NCBI GenBank assembly: GCA_964276515.1
Contig: OZ193910.1
Span: 2,108,001-2,172,000 of the forward strand
Direction: 5' to 3'
Length of the DNA: 64,000 nt
Origin: Gordius albopunctatus
Lineage: Eukaryota
The position numbers and the translations under genes are program-made. Under the pieces are notes generated by a model. The model was not told the origin of the DNA, did no database searches, and saw only the letters and a list, made by a program, of their open reading frames with translations. This document shows positions 58,773 to 64,000 of the stretch, piece after piece (position 1 is the first letter of the stretch; the number at the start of each line of letters is the position of its first letter).

Positions 58773-61330
58773 TCTTATAAAAAATTTTTAAAAATCTTGT
58801 GTGTTTATGCATGCTTATTACTATTTTGAATGACCACTGTTTAAGGGTAAAATAATAAACGAGTTTAAATAAGTGTTTTTATATGACTCTAAAATATTAA
58901 AATGGTGATAATTATACCGTTTTAATAGTAGATAAAATCAAATTGTATCTTTATCATTTTTAATGATCAGATTTATAACTTGTATAATAACAATGTTGAT
59001 TGTAATGGTAAGAACAGTCCAAATTTCAAAATAAAAGACATTTAGAATTGCAAAATGTTATCATGTTTTCAAAGGTCCTTTGATACTTAGTATCCTCTTA
59101 TATTTATATCATCTACCTTGCATTCGACCTTTAAGGCTAAAATATTCTCAATTCTCTATCAGATTATAGAAATATTTATAAACGCCTAATTTCACAGTAT
59201 TGTGCACCATGATTCATGATCATAAAAGATGTGTTTATGTTCGTTAATTATAAAAGTCAAAATGTGTAGTTATACAAGAATAAATAAATTTCTATTATGT
59301 GTTGTTTTCTGTAATAAGGAAAATAATGGAGAAGGTGTAGAAATCTATTTAAGCTTGAAGAGGGTCCGACTTTATTTCACTTAAATATTGAGGATGCAAG
59401 GTTTAGGGCAGGAGGAGAGAAGGGCAGGTTAAAGATATCCTCCCTAAATTTAAAGATTTAAATGACGATTGACATAAATGAATTGTTAATAAATAAAATT
59501 TACCCACTTATTCCTTTAAAGTTATAATTTAAACCCCGCAATCATTGATTTTAAGGAAATTCTATAATCATACAAATCACAAATCTACAAATCATTTAAT
59601 TATATTGGTAAAACGGACGCGATACAAATTTTTATAATATTTCAATTGTAAATTTAACTTGCAGATAGAGCTGCAGGGGCCACCCAAAGCCAGACCCGGC
59701 CCGATCAAAATTCAAAAAAATAATCGGGATCGGGTCTGATAGAGCAGTCCGACGCGAGGCCAGAGTCCAAATTAAACATAACAGCTCACCCAATATAAAA
59801 TTTAAATAAATTCGACTCGTAATAAAATAAATATCTCCGTACAGCGTACATAATATATTTTTTAAAGTCCAGCCTATCCGCCTTTTTATAATAATTTTCC
59901 GATCAAAATTGCCAATTTTATTCTAATTCATTTATCTCTATCGGAGAGGTAAATATTTCAAAAAGTTTTCTATTTTAAGACATTAAATATAATTTATTTA
60001 TAAAGTTAGAATTAGTGATGCGGAAAAACCGAGAAAAATCTCGGTCTTGGCTCATCTCGAAAATTTAGTCGAGATGGAGACGAGAATTTCAAACTCAAGA
60101 CGAGACGAGATTTTATGGTCGAGATCTCGACTTAGAAATTTTTTATTGGCCATCATAATCATATATACTAAATTAAGTTTATATTTCTGTTCGTATGATC
60201 TCATTAAGATGTTCTTTGTAAATTAATATAATTGGGATTTCTTTAATATTGGATTTTACACAGCAAAGTTTAATCAATATTAATTATATGTCCGCATAAA
60301 ATTTGAACTGTATCCCTTAGGTTTGTTAAATAACATTTAATATAAAAAATTTTCAATAGTTGTTTGTCACACTAAAGTGGTCGCTTCCTTAAATATTTGA
60401 ATTAAGGGTGACGTTCGGCTATCCAGGCCTTACAGCGATGTTGACGATGTGATATATTTTACATCTTTTAAAAGAAAGTGCCGAAAGCGATATTTGAACC
60501 CGCAAGCTCTTGTTCAAAGGCAAAGCCTATATCATCTACGCCCCCACACCCCGTTAAATAATATTTCATGTATTTATTGCATATTTATATCCTGAGCATT
60601 GATGTAATAATATGAACATACAGTAGTGATGGCGAATTAGCGTTTGATAGGCGCTAAAGCTATAGCACATAGTCACTTGGAGCCGCAAGAGCTATAGCGT
60701 GGCGCTAACATTGTTATAAAATTTATAGGTTAAGTTGCATTATTATGCGCACATGTGGCACCCTTTAAAAAAATCGATAAGAGTTATATAAAATGTTTTA
60801 AACCTATATATAAAAGGTCTACTTATTTTTGTCAATGCTAACTAAGGATCCCAGCCATTTTAAATAAGCAATTAAGTTAAATATAAATAAACCCCTAATT
60901 TTGTGTGTCTAAAATTGAAATCTTTTATTAATTGAACTATTTATGTATGACGTGGCAGCAGGTGTGTAGCCAGGATTTTCTCAGGGGGGGGGGGGGGAAT
61001 TTCAAAAAAAATGTATAGCATTTTTATTTCAGCAACAAAAATATAAACTCAAAAAATATAAAATTTGTATATAAAATAAAAAGAAAGTTATTATAAAATA
61101 ATTTTATATTTTCTTTTCCCCATTGATAAAATATTAAGAACTTCATCGGGAGTAGGAGCTAACTCCCGATGAATTGTCAACAAAGCCAATCCATTTAATC
61201 TATTCTTAGACATGGTATTTATAATGTAAGTTTTTAGCCTCCTCAGCGTTGAGAAGCTTCGTTCATTAGTACACGTTGTGATTGGAAGGCAGGCTGATAG
61301 ATATAGAAGAGTCGTTATATTTGGTAGGGA

Positions 61331-62157
61331 TTTTTAATATGCAATTTATGGGTTCACCTTTCCATTTGTTTATGTCACGCTGTTCGTGTCACGCACCGAA
61401 TGTCTTCGTCTTGTTTACTACTGAAACCGCTTGGAATTCGAATAAGCCAGCCTGAGTACGATACCAGGACTATACCTCTAGAGTTGTGGGTTCGAATCCC
61501 GGAGAGGCCAAAAAATTTTTTTATTTTTTTTTAAATTAATATATTGTTATTGTTCGTACCATTGATAATATGGCATTTTGGTCGTCCGCTGGCTACTGAC
61601 CAATTGAAAAAAATGACCATTGGCCAAAGTGTGAATTGAAATTTTTTTTCGTTTTTTTGGGGCAACATTGATTTATAAACCATCTATTGGTACTGAACAA
61701 TGGAAAAAAATGACCATTGGCCAAAGTGTGGTTTAAAAAGTTTCAATTTAGCAGCTGTATTTTTTTTGAGAAATACTCACGATACCTGTGACATTTTTAG
61801 GTGTAAGGTCATAACAGGCAATAGCGGAGCTATTGCATGTCGTTGCTCATTGTGACATTTTGTGATGCGCGGTCGCAACAGGCAATAGCGGAGCTATTGA
61901 TGTGGCTGCTTGTTTCGTCGCAACCCATTATTATTATTTTATTTTTTTTCTTTACTCTACATTAATAATTTTTCATGCCTATTTACAACTTTTTATGTGT
62001 TATTATTATTAATTACTATGCAATTTATTAAGTTTTATTATTAATTTGGGTTATAAGTTATACAATCCACTTATATTATTTGTTATGCAATCATGACGAT
62101 TCCAACATAAATTGCATAGCAAATATGCTTTGTTTATACGAAGTATAAAAGAGTAAT
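61331..62157 (+). mobile_element. Second Helentron/DINE-1-like element copy
   Basis: 5' TTTTTAATATGCAATTTATGGG, internal tRNA-like and tandem units, inverted sub-TIR ATAAATTGCATAGCAA at 62107-62122, then a perfect hairpin TTTATAC-GAA-GTATAAA at 62133-62149. Confidence 0.65.
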
Positions 62158-63099
62158 CGATGTGTATGAGAATTTGAAGAAAATATATGTGAAGCAGGGA
62201 CTGTCCTGAGGTAAACGGGGGTCTGGGGGCTGGGGGCTTATAAATTCCATTTTGCAGACCCTACTTACAGAAACGGCAATATTATCAACCTACAACCATA
62301 GCTATTTATAGTGGTGTTAAATTTCTAATTAGCATCAACTACAAACGCGAGCACGCACACTGAGCTGTTTAATATGCTAGTTAGCACAATGAGTGCTCGC
62401 TGTTCGGTGCAATAGTTTTAACAGTAGTATGTAAATATGCTCGAGAGGTTAGTCGAAGCAGCAAAATCTGTTAAAGCATTGAGCAGATAGCAGATATAAT
62501 TGCTATTTATTATAATTACACTATTTACTCATATTATAGTGGGTAGAGGTTTAGTCTTTGAAACAAGAGTTTGCAGGTTCAATCCCGCCTCTGGTACTTA
62601 TTTCAAAAAAGATTAAAAATCACATCGTCACCACGGCTGTCAAGTCTGGATAGCCGAGTATCACGCCTTATCCAAATATATTAAGAAGCTGACCACCTTA
62701 GTGTGACAAACAGCTATTGGATATATCATGAATAAATTAAGAACTTTGCCCCTCCCCCTTATTTTTTACCCTCTTTCTCACCCCGGGGGGGGGGGAAGGT
62801 GAAAAAAAGGGGTAGCGTTTTGGAGCTTCGTAAGTAATACTGAGAAAAGGTTTATTATTATATATTAATGTTAACTGTCTTTTAATTTTTTCCCAACTTA
62901 TTAATAATTTCGTGGCTTCAGAAAGCGTTATGATCTTATTTGTTTCTTTATCAGCTTTATTCCAAGAAGTATTTTAAATAAGACCAAACAGCGGGACTGT
63001 GATGCCAATATAGTATCACACTTAGTCGCTCACCTACTTATAATTTGTGTGACACAGTTTAGCATAAATTCAAGTCACTAATCGTAATCACTAACATTA

Positions 63100-63725
63100 G
63101 CCATTGAGTGACATTAATATATCAGAGGTAAAGAAGCTTTTACTTTCCAACCCCTGGGTAACTTATCCAATTGCTCTAAGGCTTGGTATGGAAATGTAAA
63201 CAATTTCCATGCAACATTTCAACAAGCCGATAGATACTAAGGCCCGTCAGTCCTTTCATTGCAATTTGAATTAATTCAGGCTAATGCGATACCAAAAACT
63301 CTTTATACAGGCTACTTTAAAAGTTAACAATGCTTCCTCGTTGAACAATCTGATTTATTATTAGAAGGTAGAATCCGCCCTGATACAAAGTCTAAAGTCT
63401 CTTGGGAGGGTAAGTTTTTAGCTTGGGACTTTGTTGCATGGATATATACGCTTTATTCAATGAAAACTATAGCACATTGTCATTGGGAATTAGAGAAAAA
63501 TATCCTAGTTTCTAGATAATAATTTCTCTAAAAGTTTTATTCCTTAAAATTATGCTTATTTCAAACATTTCCTATTCCAATGGTCCTAAAATCTTTGAAA
63601 ACGAAAATGTCCTCCCTTCAAGATCACAATAAGATTTCTAAAGCATCTGATGAATTTGTATGATATAGCACACAATATTTTGGTACCAGAAATCTAAATT
63701 TCTGTAAAAAGAGTAATATGATAGA
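63100..63725 (+). mobile_element. Decayed CRE-like retrotransposon 3' fragment
   Basis: IALRLGME at about 63170, then QSFHC and EQSDLLLEGRIRPDTKSKVSWEGKFLAWDF at about 63340-63435. Same motif order as 2335-2845, with stops and frameshifts. Confidence 0.6.
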
Positions 63726-64000
63726 AGAGTTTATAACCAATTGATTTATGGTATTGTCTAACTGTGCTGGAACTCGCTTTTAGCGAGATATTAAAATGAC
63801 ACTAATGATTTTTCAAATGTCAAGAATTCTTAGTATATAGAAAAAATGTTTTTGTTGTTAGTTAGTTGTTTATTAGAGAACTTTTGAGGTGTTAATTTGT
63901 TTTTGGTTCCATAAATTTGTTTATAATAGAGGTAACGATTTTATAAGAACAATTAAGTATTTTGTTGGCTGAAAAGCCCTGAGTTTTGATGCAAGGCATC

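Overview
AT-rich, intron-rich invertebrate (metazoan) nuclear DNA, not prokaryotic. I assembled four spliced genes by hand on the minus strand from GT-AG boundaries and reading phase: a TCF21/musculin (MyoR)-family bHLH gene (68-1706), a small 2-exon orphan gene (3785-4899), a compact myosin-light-chain-kinase-like gene (8374-16289) and a complete 17-exon CaMKII gene (19291-50345). An intronless class A GPCR with one frameshift lies on the plus strand (57433-58772). The standout is in CaMKII intron 4: an endogenous viral element resembling the PA polymerase subunit of an orthomyxovirus, probably quaranjavirus-like (about 34870-36792). It is bracketed by two identical 138-bp direct repeats exactly 2100 bp apart, inside a 2.7-kb TGT...ACA-bounded block that may be a split LTR. 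A second notable item is a 282-codon intronic ORF that can splice in frame onto the CaMKII hub exons, suggesting a kinase-less isoform like alpha-KAP. The rest is dense in mobile DNA: several hAT-type MITE families with 8-bp TSDs, hAT remnants, Helentron/DINE-1-like elements with internal tandem repeats, tRNA-derived SINE-like copies and three decayed CRE-type retrotransposon 3' ends. All family assignments come from motif recognition by eye; no database search was run.
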